Origin: Octopus sinensis
Lineage: Eukaryota
NCBI RefSeq assembly: GCF_006345805.1
Contig: NC_043005.1
Span: 29,822,001-29,886,000, forward strand
DNA length: 64,000 nt
Direction of reading: 5' to 3'
Shown here: piece by piece, positions 1-15,468 of the stretch
Position numbering within the stretch: the stretch's first letter is position 1
Layout of the letters: each line of letters starts with the position of its first letter
Position numbers and translations under genes: made by a program
Notes under the pieces: generated by a model
The model's database searches: none
Seen by the model: the letters and a program-made list of their open reading frames with translations, nothing else
Told to the model about the DNA's origin: nothing

Positions 1-199
1 GATGTATTTCTCTATTTTCTTATCTTGTATTAGTAATTTGTGGTAAATCATTTTACCTTTGCGCATATAATACAGTAAATGAATTGATTGCATTGCAATC
101 CTTAACATTTATGTATTAACTTTGTTGGGTACTTCACTAGCAGTATATTGGATATATGTTATCCCATGGAGGGTTGCATTTACAACCCCTATCTTAATT

Positions 200-242
<43 letters not shown>

Positions 243-2606
243 GTATGTATATAAATATATATATATATATATACATATGTGTGTGTATGTGTATATATCT
301 GTATATATATGCACACGTGTATGTGTATATATCTGTATATATATGCACACACATATGTTTGTGTGTGTGTGTGTGTGTATGTGTGTGTAAAACTAATCTG
401 ATTAGCTTTACTGCCTATATTTCTATTCATTAAAAAGAACAGAGACTTATTTATCAAAATAAGAATCCGAAAGTAAAAGGTTTACCAGTGTTTTAAAATC
501 TGAAGATCAGAAGTGGGTGGTATTCAGAAGAGATGTTCAGAAGAGGTATTCTGAAGTTTCAAGGCTGTGTACAAGACAATACTGAGATGTTGGAGAAAAG
601 TATACAGAGAACAACAATCCACATGCTCTCACTGAGGCCAAGTGAAAGAAATATTACCATGCTATTATGCGAATTAATTGAATGAGGAGAATATATGACA
701 GACAGAGAGCCCTCCCTAAGGAGACCCACCAGAGGATCCTGCCATTGTAGTTACCATTATAGTTTGACAGCAAATGTTATGAAGCTGTAACTTTTCAGCC
801 ATAGCAGATTCACTTCAATTCAATTACATCTGCTATGATTTCAGGAAAGGCATGAATGCCACAGCTTCCGTTCTGATTACTCTAGATACAGTATGTCACA
901 AGTTTATCTGGAAATAGCAACAGAGAAACCAGTTTGATAGAGTTATAACAAATTATGTGCATCAACAGATATGTAAATTATACTAGATTTGGCTCAGTGG
1001 TTAGTCAGCACATTTCGTGTCTAGAATCTGTTGCAAGTTCAGAATTTTATGTTCTGTGGTTCAATTCCTACCTGATTCTCATTCCTTTGATATGTACAAA
1101 ATATATACTAGATGAACCGAAGTGGAGGGTTGTATGTTAACTGTTGGTTAAAAGCCATGAGTTTGGAGGCTGTCTTTACTGTTTTCTTTAATGAAGAACA
1201 AATGCCTCATCCTAGCTTGATTTACCTTGCATCAATTTAGTACCATAAGAACTACATGAAGCCTTTGTTAACAAAACAGAAAATATTGTTATATTATTTC
1301 TAACATAAGCACATACTGAGAAATTAGTCAAGAAATTATATTATTCAATTATATTATATAATTAAACTGGTACTTTATTGTATTAATCCTGAAAGGATGA
1401 AATACAAAATTGGTCTTCATGGGATTTAAACTCGGAGTTGTCACATAATATTCATGGTATTTTGTGTGATATTCTAACAATTCCACCTGATCATAGTGTA
1501 TAGCAGTTGGTCGGCCTTGGTTGGACAGACATGGCCTTCCATCCATAGCCATACCATAACTTTCTATATCAATGTCCACTGTCATTTTTTTTAATCATAG
1601 TGTGGGTTGAGGGAGACTTGGCTGCTATTTCTAGCAGGTTATGTGGCTGCCAAGAGATTCCTACATTAAATAATACTTTGGAGAGTATAACAGGGCTCAT
1701 GGATTTATAGGGTGAGAGAGACAGAGAGCAGAGGACAAAGGTGTGACATGAAATATATAGATTGTCGGGCCTCTGTTGGTCAACGTTAACTGTGCATCTG
1801 CATATGACCTGTACATGCATTCATCTGCACATGTATGTGCAGGTCAGGTCAAGATTTTGTGAGGAAAAACTAACAGCTGCCCAAGCATGCAAGTCTCCTT
1901 TTTCCATGTCACAGATGTTTATCCAAGGGTTAGGCTGATAATTTGAACCAAAACAGCTTAGCACCTGTGCTGTTATAGGTATTGCTCTCAGAATGCAAAA
2001 ACATAGAATGGACTCAACGCCACTTCACCAGACTGACATTTCTGCCAGTGATGCTTTCTCATTGCTCCTGGATGGAAGAACATTAAAACTGATTAGAGTG
2101 GAATTTGAACTTGAAGTGCAGAGAGAAAAAATATACACATGTACAAAGGTGGACTACCATGTGGAAAACTCACAAAATTACCACCAACAAAAAATTATAT
2201 AGAATTGGAGAGTGAAGTCCTGAAGGGAAGGATTTTCCAGTGTCATTATTTTAAGTCATCTAACCATTTTAATTAACTTCACACAATAAACAATAGACTC
2301 ATTCCATTATTCTGCGATCAGGTATTTTTGTGTTGACTATGTTTTGCTGAAGAGGTTGAATAAGACTGGAACATATGTGCATTTGTTGTCATAGCTACCT
2401 GACATCAGACTCACTTCCACTTCCTTGCACAATTCACAATTTAGTTGTCTGAATAATTTTCATTAACTGTAACAAATTTTCATTGCTGTTGGACAGTTTT
2501 AACTGACCAGAAATTGCTTTTTAGCTCAACATATTTAGTATAATAGCCTTCACTTAACTCTCTGTCTTTTATGCTTAAGGCATCCCTGAGATGCACATAT
2601 ATATAT

Positions 2607-2660
<54 letters not shown>

Positions 2661-2938
2661 CACACACATGCACAGTCTGTGCTTGTGTGTGTGTGTATGT
2701 AGCCCACTCAGCGGAGTGGTTAGTGTTAGGAAGGGCATCCAGCCATAAAAACCTTGCCAAAGCAGACACTGAAGTCTGGTGCAGGCTCCTGCTTGGCTAG
2801 CTTCTGCTTGGCCAGCTCCTGTCAAACCGTCCAACCCATACCAGCATGGAAGGAGGATGTTAGACAACAACGAAGATGATGATGATGTTGATGTACATAC
2901 ATATATATGCGTACACATATGTATATAACTGTATGTGT

Positions 2939-3314
2939 GGAGGCGCAATGGCCCAGTGGTTAGGGCAGCGGACTCACAGTTGTAGGATCGAGGTTTTAAT
3001 TCCCAGACTGGGCATTATGAGTGTTTATTGAGGAAAAACACCAAAGCTCCATGAGGCTCCAGCAGGGGGTGGTGGTGAACCCTCTGTATTCTTTCACCAC
3101 AACTTTCTCACACTCCTTCTTTCTGTTTCTGTTCTACCTGTATTTCAAAGGGCCAGCCTTGTCACACTCTGCATCACGCTGAATCTCCACGAGAACTACA
3201 TTAAGGGTACAGGTCTGTGGAGTGCTCAGCCACTTGCACGTTAATTTCATGAGTAGGTTGTTCCATTGATCGGATCAACTGGAACCCTCGTCGTCGTAAC
3301 TGACGGAGTGCCAC
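2939..3314 (+). mobile_element. tRNA-derived SINE family C
   Basis: Head ggaggcgcaatggcccagtggttagggc with B box; tail ..cctcgtcgtcgtaactgacggagtgccac. A second copy lies at 31516-31886 on the minus strand. Confidence 0.85.
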
Positions 3315-3714
3315 GATTAATGTATGTACATATAATATGCAGGTGTGTGTATGTGTGTGTGTGTGTGTGTGTAGAAAGAGAAGACTTAAAACCAATCCAT
3401 CAGTAAATATTATTGACCACAGTAAGCTGTGTTTACTTGTCTACGCCACATAATTGCAATAGTCTGTGCTCTGTGGACAAACACATTATTAAATATTTAG
3501 TCAATCACCATTATAACTGCTCTCAAACTCATATTTAACAATCATCAGTGAAAACCAACAGATTTCAGCTTAGTTCTTCACCCCTACTCAGCACCATTCC
3601 CGCCCCACCACTGACAACAACAACAACAACTTTACTGCTGCCCACAATAATTCATAATTATTGCTGGAACATGATTTTTATTTTCAGAGAGTGTGTTTGT
3701 TATTTATATATGCG

Positions 3715-4360
<646 letters not shown>

Positions 4361-5797
4361 GTTTGTTTATGTTGTTATTTCCGACAAGTTGTGAATAGAC
4401 ATCATCTGAATCCATTTCAACAAGCCATTGAGAATGTTGCTGTTGTTGGTGGTGGTGTTGTTTTTGTTTGGAGGTGATGGGCATGTGTTCAGTGAAAAAG
4501 GCGGGATATAATATTAAAAAAAAACACAGGAAAGATGAAGAAAGAAGAGAAAAGAAAGATTTTGACCCATTTAAAGCAGAACATTTTTTTTTATTTATGT
4601 TTCTCTGTTTACTTTTCATTTTTTTTTTTAATTTTTACTCTTTATATTTTTCTTCCTTTTTTTTAAATTTTTGTATGTAATTATTTCCAAGATAAATACA
4701 AGATACAGCAGCAGTGGCAGCAGCAATGTCCTGCCTAATAATGGTGTCTCAGGAAAAGATCATTGACAAATTCATGGCAACGTTTCTAGAAAGTCGGAGA
4801 ATAACGAGCAAATGCTAATGAGTATTAATGAAACAGGTCAGAACATGTGTTTGCAGATGAGAAGTTAATTATTACGAACATTAATTGAAAGTTAGAAAAT
4901 TAATGAAAAACACACACACATAGTAACAGTCACAATAAAAATTTGACAAGCTGAATATGCCAGCCACTACATAAGGGCTTCAAAACTAGAACATTAAACA
5001 ACTTGTATGTCATAATCTAGTTTTTACTGCTTTATTAATAAAATACCGGCAGGTTTTTTGGGTGATTGTGGTTAGTTGTTGTTGTTGTTTTTTATTAGGT
5101 CTTAACTTGCAAAGAAAAATTGAAGTTATGCAATTATATAACATTTCATTAGATTTGTAGGTGTGGAGTGTAGCTGTGTGGTTAAGGAGCTCATTTTGCA
5201 ACTGTGAGGTTTTGGGTTCAATCCCATTGCATGACATCCTGATCAAATGTCTTTTGCTATAGCCTTGGGCTGACCAATGCCTTGTGAATGAACTTATGAG
5301 ATGGAAACTGTGTGGAAACTTGTTGTATTTATGTGTGTGTGCCTTTATCTGTGTTTTCCCCCATCACCAGCACTTCACAACCTGTGTTAGTTTGTTTACA
5401 TCCCTGTAATTTAGCAGATTGGCAAAAGACCCAACAGAATAAGTACCAAACTTTGAAAATAAATTCTAGGGTCAATATAGTCAGCTAAACCCATCGAAGC
5501 ATCACTCCAGCATGGCTGCAGTCCAACAATTAATAGATGAGAAATAAAAGACTAGAAGACTAACCAGTGGCGCAACAGAAAAAAAACCCCTCTCTTAAGG
5601 ACCAAATCATTGTAGAGGAATCGTTGGAATTCTGTAGAAATCTTTTATTTCAAACACAATATTTATATTATTTGTATCACTTGCAGCAGATTGTTTTTTT
5701 GGGGGGTTTCTTTTCTCTCACATCTTTAGATATTGTGTATTGCCATCACTGACAGTAAATAGACATACGAAGCACACACACACACATACACAAACAT

Positions 5798-5864
<67 letters not shown>

Positions 5865-6168
5865 AATATACACACACATGCATAAATGACAAAAACAGTC
5901 TCCCCGGAAATAGATGGACTGACTCTGATGGTAGCAACCTGTCTAATCCTACCAATATGACAACGACAATGATGATGATGATGATGATGATCTTACACAC
6001 ATACACACACTGTGAATGCGCAAACTTTTTGGCATGAAAGAGAGGGAGAGGGGGAGAAAGAAAGAGAGAGAGTGGACACTAAGTGTAAAAGTGACCATTC
6101 TTCTGTTGAAGCAATGATGTACGTATTTGTGTTTGTTAAATGCATTTTTATGTGTCAGTGATATATAA

Positions 6169-7292
6169 TAATGTTCGTCCTTCGGTTCGAAGATGACCAA
6201 CTGACATCATCTGATGGAACTGCCGCCATGAGACCGGAGGTGGCTGGTGAGGCCAATCCGGGCAAGGAAGCCCCTCCCACAGGTGGGGCAGAAGTGGGTA
6301 GGGGCAGTGCTACTGGTGCAGGCGGCTCTGACTTTACGCATCTGACGTTTCTGCTCCGCTGACCGAATCCGTCCCTCCTCGGCTGTCCCTGCTCCCACGG
6401 TGATTGCGCTGCGCCAGGATGAGCGGTTGGCAGCAAGTGTCTCCCAGGTCTCTGTTCCAATGGAGAAGTCTTTGAGAGAGACCTTGAGACTATCCTTGTA
6501 GCGCTTTTTCTGCCCTCCGACTTTGCGCCTGCCCTGCCGAGTTCACCGTAGAAGAGCTGTTTTGGGATGCGAGTGTCGGACATGCGGGAGACGTGGCCCG
6601 CCCATCTCAGCTGGGCCTTGCGCATGATTGTGATGGTGCTAGGGAGATCTGCCTGCTTCAGAACTTCCGTGTCTGGGACTTTGTCCTGCCAGCGGATGTG
6701 AAGGAGATTCCGAAGACACCTGAGATGGAAGTGGTTTATCTGGCGCTCGTGCCTTCGGTAAGCAGTCCATGTCTCGCAGCCGTATAGTAGGGTGGTAAGC
6801 ACGACTGCCCGTAGACTTTCAGCTTGGTGTTGAGGCTGATTCCTCTCCGCTCCCAGACTTTCTTTCGCAGTCTCCCAAACGCGCTGCTTGCCTTGGAGAT
6901 TCTGTTGATGGTTTCAGCATCTATGTTGGCATTGCAGGAGAGAGTGCTGCCCAGGTAGGTGAAGTTTTCCACCACTCGTAGGATCCGTCCGTTCACCCTT
7001 ATCTGAGGCTCATGGTATTGTTTGCCGGGGGCTGGCTGAAACATCACTTCGGTTTTCTTTGCACTGATGGTGAGACCGAAGTTGTCACAGGCTGATGAGA
7101 ACCTGTCCATCTCGAGCTGCATCTCCTGCTCATCGATTGCATTAAGGGCGCAGTCATCAGCAAAGAGAAAGTCTCTGACGACTGTCTCCCTCACCTTTGT
7201 GACAGCCTGCAATCTCCTGGAGTTGAAAAGTTTCCCGTCTGTCCTGTACTTGATGTTGATACCGGACTTGCAGTCCCTAAAGGCGTCGGACA
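6169..7292 (-). mobile_element. 5'-truncated RTE-clade LINE (RT C-terminus and C2H2 finger), young, with TSD
   Basis: Three consecutive frames give FLFADDCAL, FTYLGS, LLYGCETW, QLRWAGHV and CPTCGRGFLARIGLTSHLRSH (two frameshifts). Perfect 14-bp TSD tcagtgatatataa at 6155-6168 and 7293-7306. GC- and CpG-rich relative to the flanks. Confidence 0.95.
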
Positions 7293-7700
7293 TCAGTGAT
7301 ATATAAATATATTGTATATAACATTAAATCATAATGATTATATATATAACAACTGCAGTGTGGAAGATGTTTATAAGCCATTTCAAAACACGCAAAACAC
7401 TTTCCACGCTACTATTATTATTTTTGTTTCAGCACACAATCTCAGATCAGGTCACTTGCTATGCAAGTACATCTCTGTAATTATATATATATATATAGAT
7501 ATAGATATATGCATATATATAAGACAACTCGCCTGGCCATAATTTTTTCAGAGGAATAGTTCTTCAACTATCAGCAGCGTTCTTGTGTTTTTAAAAAAGC
7601 ATTCTTTGCAGAGAACAGTTATTGTTTAGAGAAACTGAAGATATGTCCAGATATGCAACCAATGGTTTTTTCCTAAAAATATTATTTTACACATAGAGAA

Positions 7701-7733
<33 letters not shown>

Positions 7734-7824
7734 TGTATGTATGTATGTATGTATGTATGTATGTATGCATGCATGCATGCATGCATGTATTATGTATACA
7801 CATATATACATATACATATAAATA

Positions 7825-8660
7825 TCCAGTAGTGTGGGCTATGGTCTAGTCACCCGCATTGTAAATCAGGTGGTTCATGAAGGAGTTGTACCCAATGATT
7901 GGTGTAGCAGCACCATAGTCAACTGCTTTAAAGGTAAAGGTGATGCCTTTGATAGAAATAATTACAGAGGTATCAAATTGTTGGATCAGGTGATGAAAGT
8001 TGCAGAGAGAGTCATAGACCAACTAATCAGGGAGAGAGTTAGACTAGATGGGATGCAGTTTGGTTTTGTGCCAGGTAGAAGCACCACTGATGCTATATTT
8101 CTTATAAAGCAACTGCAGAAGAAATGCCTAGCCAAAGATAAACCTCTGTCCTTGGATTTTGTTGACTTGGAGAAACCTTTGACAGGATCCCTTGCTCTCT
8201 TATCTGGTGGTCAATGTGGAAACCAAGAATAGACAAATGGCTGGTGAGAGCTGTACAAGCCACGAGAAATTATAGTCATGGCTGATGCTGGTGTCACAAT
8301 GCTAGCACCCATGCTGATAGCACGTAAAAAGCACCTTTCAAGCATTATGCTTCATGGAGGCAAAGTGGCTGAGCTTCTTTCAAGAGTTCAGCCTCATGGA
8401 GCAATGATCAAGACCTTGGGCATTATGTCATGCTTGAGAAAAAACCTATCAAACCGAGCAAAACTGACAGATACTGGTGTCATGCAAATAGACAGTCTTG
8501 GAGTAGTTGGTGTTAGGAAGGGCATCGATCTGTAGGAACCATGCCAAATCAGACTGGAACCTGGTGCAGCTCTCCACCTTGCCAGCTCTGGTCAAACCAT
8601 CCAACCCATGCCAGCATGTCCATGCCAGCATGGACATGTTAAATGATGATGAGGATGATG
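7825..8660 (+). mobile_element. Internally deleted RTE LINE: RT N-part joined to a 3' UTR ending in (GAT)n
   Basis: NDWCSSTIVNCFKGKGD..NYRGIKLL..QFGFVPGRSTTDAIF; same family as 19275-21285. Confidence 0.88.
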
Positions 8661-8701
8661 ACATATGTACATTGAAAAAGCTGCATTATTTATGGGACGT
8701 C

Positions 8702-8754
<53 letters not shown>

Positions 8755-9033
8755 GTATGATATATATGTATGTATAATATATATATATGTATGTCTGTAT
8801 GTATGTATATATATATGTATATAGGATATATATATATACAAACAAACTATTAGTGGTTCGGAGTTTAACTGCTCTTTCTAGTGAGTCGGATGTCCTATTA
8901 TGGCCATCCTTTATATGTTTGAATGTATATTATATAGTCTATTGACTATTTTTCCTTTCTCACTTGACCGCTGGTAGCGGAGAATTTTTCTAGAATGTTT
9001 TGCTACCCTAAAATTTATTAATTATTATTTTTA

Positions 9034-9115
<82 letters not shown>

Positions 9116-9154
9116 GATAGATATATAGATAGATAGATAGACAGATAGATAGAT

Positions 9155-9725
9155 AGATAGGATACTGTGCAGGGAAGTAGATAGAGATAGCATAGGGTGT
9201 CCACAATTCCACATAGTCAGCTACACGGATCAGAAACTTGTGACATGTATGCTAGACTTAGGTAAGACACATAGGCAGGGTCCCGGGTACTGGAAACTAA
9301 ACGCGTCTTTCCCATCGAGACAGGTTTTCAGAGACCAGATTAGCACACTAGTAAAGAGGGCTTTGACGGGAGCCATCATCAACAACAAATGGTGGTTTGC
9401 CCTCAAGAGAGCAATAAAAGCAGAAGCAATTAGGTATAGCAAAGCACTAGCCATAGATAGAAACAGAGTAGAGGGTGAGCTAGTTAAGAAGTTAGAAGAG
9501 GCAATTAGAAGTGGCATCGTATCCGACGTTTTGGAGTCGAGGTTGACCCTCGACCAACACTTCAACGTCGAACACGAAGGGTGTGTTGTCAGAGCTAGGA
9601 TGCATGCTCTAAGGAACAAAGGTGTTGGAGCTGCATGAGAGGCCCGGGTGGCAGAGGCACAACATGGTCTCTGGTAGATGAACAGGGGCGTGAATTACTC
9701 GAGCCAAGTAAAATGTGTGAGGCAT
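9155..9725 (+). mobile_element. Tx1/L1-clade LINE ORF2 fragment (end of APE endonuclease plus linker)
   Basis: DRILCR..SYTDQKLV followed by GPGYWKLNAS..WW..K..IK..AIRYSK, typical of Tx1-like ORF2. Confidence 0.8.
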
Positions 9726-9878
9726 TATTCTTTGTAAGCCTAGTACTTATTCTATCGGTCTCTCTTGCTGAACCGCTAAGTGACAGGGACGTAAACACAC
9801 CAGCATCGGTTGTCAAGCAATGTTGGGGAGACAAACATATACATACACACACATAGGTAGATCACATATACAACATAT

Positions 9879-9923
<45 letters not shown>

Positions 9924-10172
9924 TATATATATATTATATATATATATATACAAAATCAGAAAATGGAGAAATACATCTAAATCATTAATCAACTACCAGA
10001 TAATACCCAATCACATACTTTATTGAACCACTACATAAGAATATTAAGGTTAAACATAAAATATATAACAAAACAGCGTACATGAATGAGTATAACAATA
10101 CAATAGGTACAATCATTATAAGAGGATATAAATAAATAAATATAAATAGATATAAATATAAATATACACTAT

Positions 10173-10299
10173 ATCTTACAGCTGTTTCGGCCATGCAGAT
10201 AAATATGCCTCATTTTACCTATATTAGCCATGTATAGTATGTCAATATGAAGTTAAAAATGAGACATTTACAAAGATATCTTAAGGCCTCTTCGGAGAT
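10173..10299 (-). ncRNA. Type-I hammerhead motif with a long stem-II insertion
   Basis: AUCU CCGAAGA GGCC-(~90 nt)-GGCC GAAAC AGCU GUA AGAU; U4C change in the core. Confidence 0.65.
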
Positions 10300-12853
10300 T
10301 CTAAAGTATAAACCAAATTACATATATACTCATATAAGTGTGGGTACATACCCATAAAAAATCATTTACATATATATATATATGAGTGCATATACTCATA
10401 CTCTTATACATACACATATACATATAAATACAAATAATATAAATCAATAAAATATATATATGTTCCATATTCAATGTTTTTCAACTTAATATTAAGATAT
10501 TACAACGTATTCATACTTCAATGCAGATATATAGAGTCAGTATTACCTTATATTAATTTACAAAAAGTCATTAATGTTAACATCAATACTGTTATCAATA
10601 TCATTAATGCTACCAATATCATATATATATACGATGAGCTTCTTTCAGTTTCTGTCTACTAAATCCGCTCACAAGGTTTTGGTCAGCCCAAGGTACCACA
10701 CAGTGGAACTGAACCTGGAATCATGTTTTTGGGGAGCAAGCTTCTTACCACACAACCATGCTTATGCCTATGTATATATATGTATGTGTTGGATTCCTGG
10801 GTTTATTTTACCAATTTCTCACTAATGAAGAAAAAAACAGTTTTTAACCAAGAAACGAGATTCTACCTTTGGAATATAGACAGCATCAAACAATGTTGTC
10901 TTCCATATATGTTTCTGTGTATATAAGCATGCATTTTTGTATGCACGTATATGTACACATACACACACACACACACATGCATGTACATATGTATGTTTAT
11001 ACATATGTGCCTGTCATTACATGTGTGATGTGAATTTGTATGTTTTGTCATGTTTTGTATGTCATGTGAATTTGTATGTTTTGACTTAAGTGTGTGTACA
11101 TAAAGATATAACAGCATAGCTAGATGTGTGTATATATGCTTGCCACATGCTAAATTTCTTGAATGTTTTACATATTTTGATTGTGTTTTGATAGCTGTAA
11201 TCTTTTGATTAACCATAGTCTCTATGGCATTTTGAAAACTGTTTGTGTGTATGTATGTATTTATATGTAGAGAACAATGCTGAATGTACATAGTAAATCA
11301 AAAGACATTCAGTAAGAAACAAGAAGAGATGTTTGTCCCAGATTGAATTTAACACTTAAACAATATCAAACTTCCCTTTGCTTTAAACAGACATCAATTT
11401 CCTGTTATTTTAGCATTTGAGATGGCCATTAACAAATGAAATATATTTTCACTTTTACTTTTGTAATTACTGTTAATGCATTTCGGATAGATGTGTCTGA
11501 TGCCATTATTGAGGTACAGGTATACTAATCCGTATAAGAGTTGCCTTTCGGAAAAAATAATTAAAAGTCATTGGAACATAGATAAACATATGGGAAGGCA
11601 GAGGAAATCTGCCACAGCAAAGTCTGACCAAACCATGCAAGCATGGAAAAGCAAACACTAAAATGATGATGGTGATGATGGTGATTCACGTGAGTTAAAA
11701 ATAGAACTGTAATAGAAAAAGCAATATAACTGGGCCCCAGTTATATAAAAGCAATATAACTGGCAGAATCACAAGCAAGCTGAGCGTAAAAGGATTTCTT
11801 CTGACTCTTGAAGTTTTGGGTTCAAATTCTGCTGAGGCTGACTTCGCCTTTCATCCTTTCAGGTTCAATAGAGTAAAAACCAGTTGAGCATTTGTAAAAG
11901 ATGGAGGTGGTGAAAGTGAGAAAGGGATTTGCAATACTGACAAAGAAGCAGTGTGGTTTCATGGATGGAGAAGGTGAATTCTAATGTGGAATATATTATC
12001 ATTGTCCTCATTGTTTTACATCCACCTTTCCATGCTTGCAGAGGTTAGGTGGAATTCACTGAAGCAGACTTTTCACAGCTGGATGCATTTTATGTTGCAA
12101 ACCCTCAACTGTTTCAAAGCAACTGTTTCCCCATGGCTAGACATGTTTTCATGGAAAATTGGAAATGAGGAGTTTCGCTTGTATGATGGTGACATTTGTT
12201 TACAGCTGTAATGCAATTTCACAACAAGGACCCCCCTCATCCCCCACATATACAATAGGCTTTTTCAGTTTCCATTCTGCAAAATCTGCTCACAAGGCTT
12301 TGGTTAGTCAGAGCTGTATATCAGACAATTACCAATAGGTGCCAAGAGGTGGGACTGAACTCAAAACCATGTGGTTGAGAAGTAGAATTCTTAACCACAC
12401 AGCTATTCATGTTCACATACACACACACATACATGCAATTTAATATACACAGGCTTTAAAATTGAGCTGATATAAGTTTCCTGCTGATTAAATTGTAGTT
12501 GGGTGAGCTTGTATAGCATGCTGTGTACAGCAACATAAAATTTATATAGTAACAGTAGCACACTTTTAAATCTTGTGTATACTAAATAATACCCATCACT
12601 CACTGGACGGAGTCTTTTTTATGTTGATCCCATCAATTAACAGAATATTACACTATATATATGTACATACATACATATATATATATATGTATTTTGTATT
12701 TATTTTCTCTCCTTGTCTCTTTCTGTGTTCCTTTGTGTGGAAGAGCGTAGGCTTGAAACGTTAAAGACTTTTCACTTCCCAAGCATTATACTAAAACATC
12801 TGTTTGTTGTCTATACCACCTGTCTTCGTCTTTTTTTGTTTTTTTGTGAATTC

Positions 12854-12893
<40 letters not shown>

Positions 12894-15040
12894 ACAGAGT
12901 TTGTGTGTGTGTGTGTGTGGTATCAAAAGATTGAGTAATCTTTTAGCTACCAAATAAAGTATGTTTTTTTGCACAACTCTTTTTTACTACAAAAATTACC
13001 TCAAAATTGAGGCAACTCTGACAGAACAATCTGTGTCTTAGAACATAATAAGAAAATGTTTAAAATATTTGGAGTTTTTAACCAGGGAATGAAAGTTCAA
13101 AGGTATACCATCAACTTTATTAGTATTATTTAGTAGATAATCTTTTAATATGAAGTGTGTTTGTTTGTATTTTGTTTAGCCCAGAGTTGCCTCTTAAGTA
13201 GCAGAACCATCACATAGTTTTTTTTTTTTTTTGTTCATGAAATACTGTAAATCAGTGTCTTTCTTTTAATGAAAGGGTGTGTTTTAAGAGAGATTTGGCT
13301 GCTGTTTGTAGTAGCTCAAGTTATCACAGACACACCTCTGTCTGTCTGTGTGTGTGAGGGGGTTGCATCAGACACAGCATCGGACACTGGCATTGGACAC
13401 TGGCATCAGACACGGCTACGACCTCAGGATGTGGGGGCAAATGTTTTCTTAACTTCTGTCATAATTTCAGGTTGATCAAAACACAAAAAATGTAATTGAG
13501 AAAAGAGAAACATTTGTGTGGAGGTCTGTCCTTAGTCCCGAGTTCCACACTTTATCCATCGTGACCCAGCTTAACTGTATTATTTGGCCTTTCAGTGTCT
13601 TTAATGAAGTCCACTCTGTTATAAGTATCTGGATTAAATATAGTCCGAGGATAGCTTTCTCCTTTCCATTCCACCTCTTTCAGGGACAATGGTAAAAGTA
13701 ACTAAGCTACAAAAATATTTTAAACTATGAGAATTCCTGATCTTAGGTATAAGCTTTGAGTTGCTATGGCAACTCAGCAATCCTTACAATAGTAAAACTT
13801 AAAAGTTGTTTGTCTGTTTGCGTGTTCTGGAATTTTAGCACAAACAGTATAGAATGTTTTGATTAATGTGCTCTTGCTTGCCAGACCATTTGCAGAAAAA
13901 AAGCTGCAGTGGATTTCTAGGCAGTAGAAACCTCAAACATGAAGGAATTGGTCCCATGTTATATCAATATAGAAAAGAAGCTTTGCTCCATTGATGGATG
14001 GCAGGTAACAGAGAATATAGCATGCACAGACACACAAACACCCTGAGAGAGAGAGAAAAAAAAAAGAGAGAGAACGTAGAGACTAAGGAAAAAGAAGACT
14101 TCTGCTCTGCTGAAGTAAAGAAATATGTGTATTGGTGTTCGTGATAGATCGTTAGCCACTACACACATTTTTTTCTGTCCTTGTTTCTCTCCTTGTTTTT
14201 TCTGTGTCCCTTTCTGTAGAAAAGCGTAGGCTCAAAACGTAAAAGACTTTTTCTATTCCTGAGCGTTATACTAATACATCTGTTTGTTTTGTACACCACC
14301 TGTCTTCGTCTTTTGTTTTTTTCATAAACTCTCCCTATATATATATATATATCTGTAAATGTAATATGTAACAATTATATATTATATATATATATAATAT
14401 ATATATTTTCTTTATTAGCCACACACACATATATATTTTCTTTATTAGCTACACAGGGCTGAACACAGAGGGGACAAATTACAAAGTAGACCTTTTCTTT
14501 TTGGGGAGAAAAAAAAAGGAGGATAGGTTTTCGATCAAAAGGGATCATAAAAAAAAAACAATCAATGGGGATCATGTATCACAGAAATGTCATGATGTAA
14601 AGTGTAAAGGGGGAAACAGATAAGGTTTATCCATGGAAAGAAAAGCCTACGGAAAAGACCACAGTAACCTCGGTCAATAATGTCACATGTTAACACATTT
14701 ATTTGTAAGTAAGTAACTCTCTGTTTTAAATTTTTCCAGTTTCATAGGATTATCTATTTTGTGGGAACATTGTAGAATTTACAATAAATTTAGTGATTTG
14801 TGAGCTGGAATTACAATGCTTAACATTATGTCTCAAGGTGAAGGTCAATATAGGTGTTTCAAGTTAACCTGAAGACTTTATATGTATGTCTGATTGTGTC
14901 TGTTTGGTGGGGAGAGGACATTGGTCTTACTAAGTGTTACTAGAAATCAGACTTTCAGCTTGGCAAAATAAATCTTCTTTCCATAATATAAACTAAATAA
15001 ATCAAACAATTCTAGTAAATGACCTTTTAATTCTGACATA

Positions 15041-15468
15041 CTCTTTTACTCTTTTACTTGTTTCAGTCATTTGACTGCAGCCATGTAGGAGCACCATCTT
15101 TAGTTGAGCAAATAAACCCCAGGACTTATTTTTTGTAAGCCTAGTACTTATTCTATCAGTCTTTTTTGCTGAACCACTAAGTTACGGGGACATAAACACA
15201 CCAGCATCAGTTGTCAAGTGATGTTGGGGGGATAAACACAGACACACAAACATACACACACATGCACAATCACACTCACACACACACACACACGTATACA
15301 TATATACAACAGGCTCCTTTCAGTTCCATCTACCAAATCCACTCACAAAGCTTTGGTCAACTAGAGGCTATAGTAGAAGACACTTGCCCAAGGTGCCACG
15401 CAGTGGGACTGAACCCGGAACCATGTGGTTGGTAAGCAAGTTACTTACCACACAGCCACGCCTGCACC
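15041..15468 (-). mobile_element. SINE family A full-length copy
   Basis: Reverse complement of 62705-63093. Confidence 0.88.

Noticed and set aside
7330-7480. Repeat shared with ~33050-33170 containing ctgatc..gaaac on the minus strand
   Set aside because: The repeat is real but has no CUGANGA core or stems; family unassigned.
8845-8890. HHR-like gag..ctc cgaa on the minus strand
   Set aside because: Both core boxes are defective.
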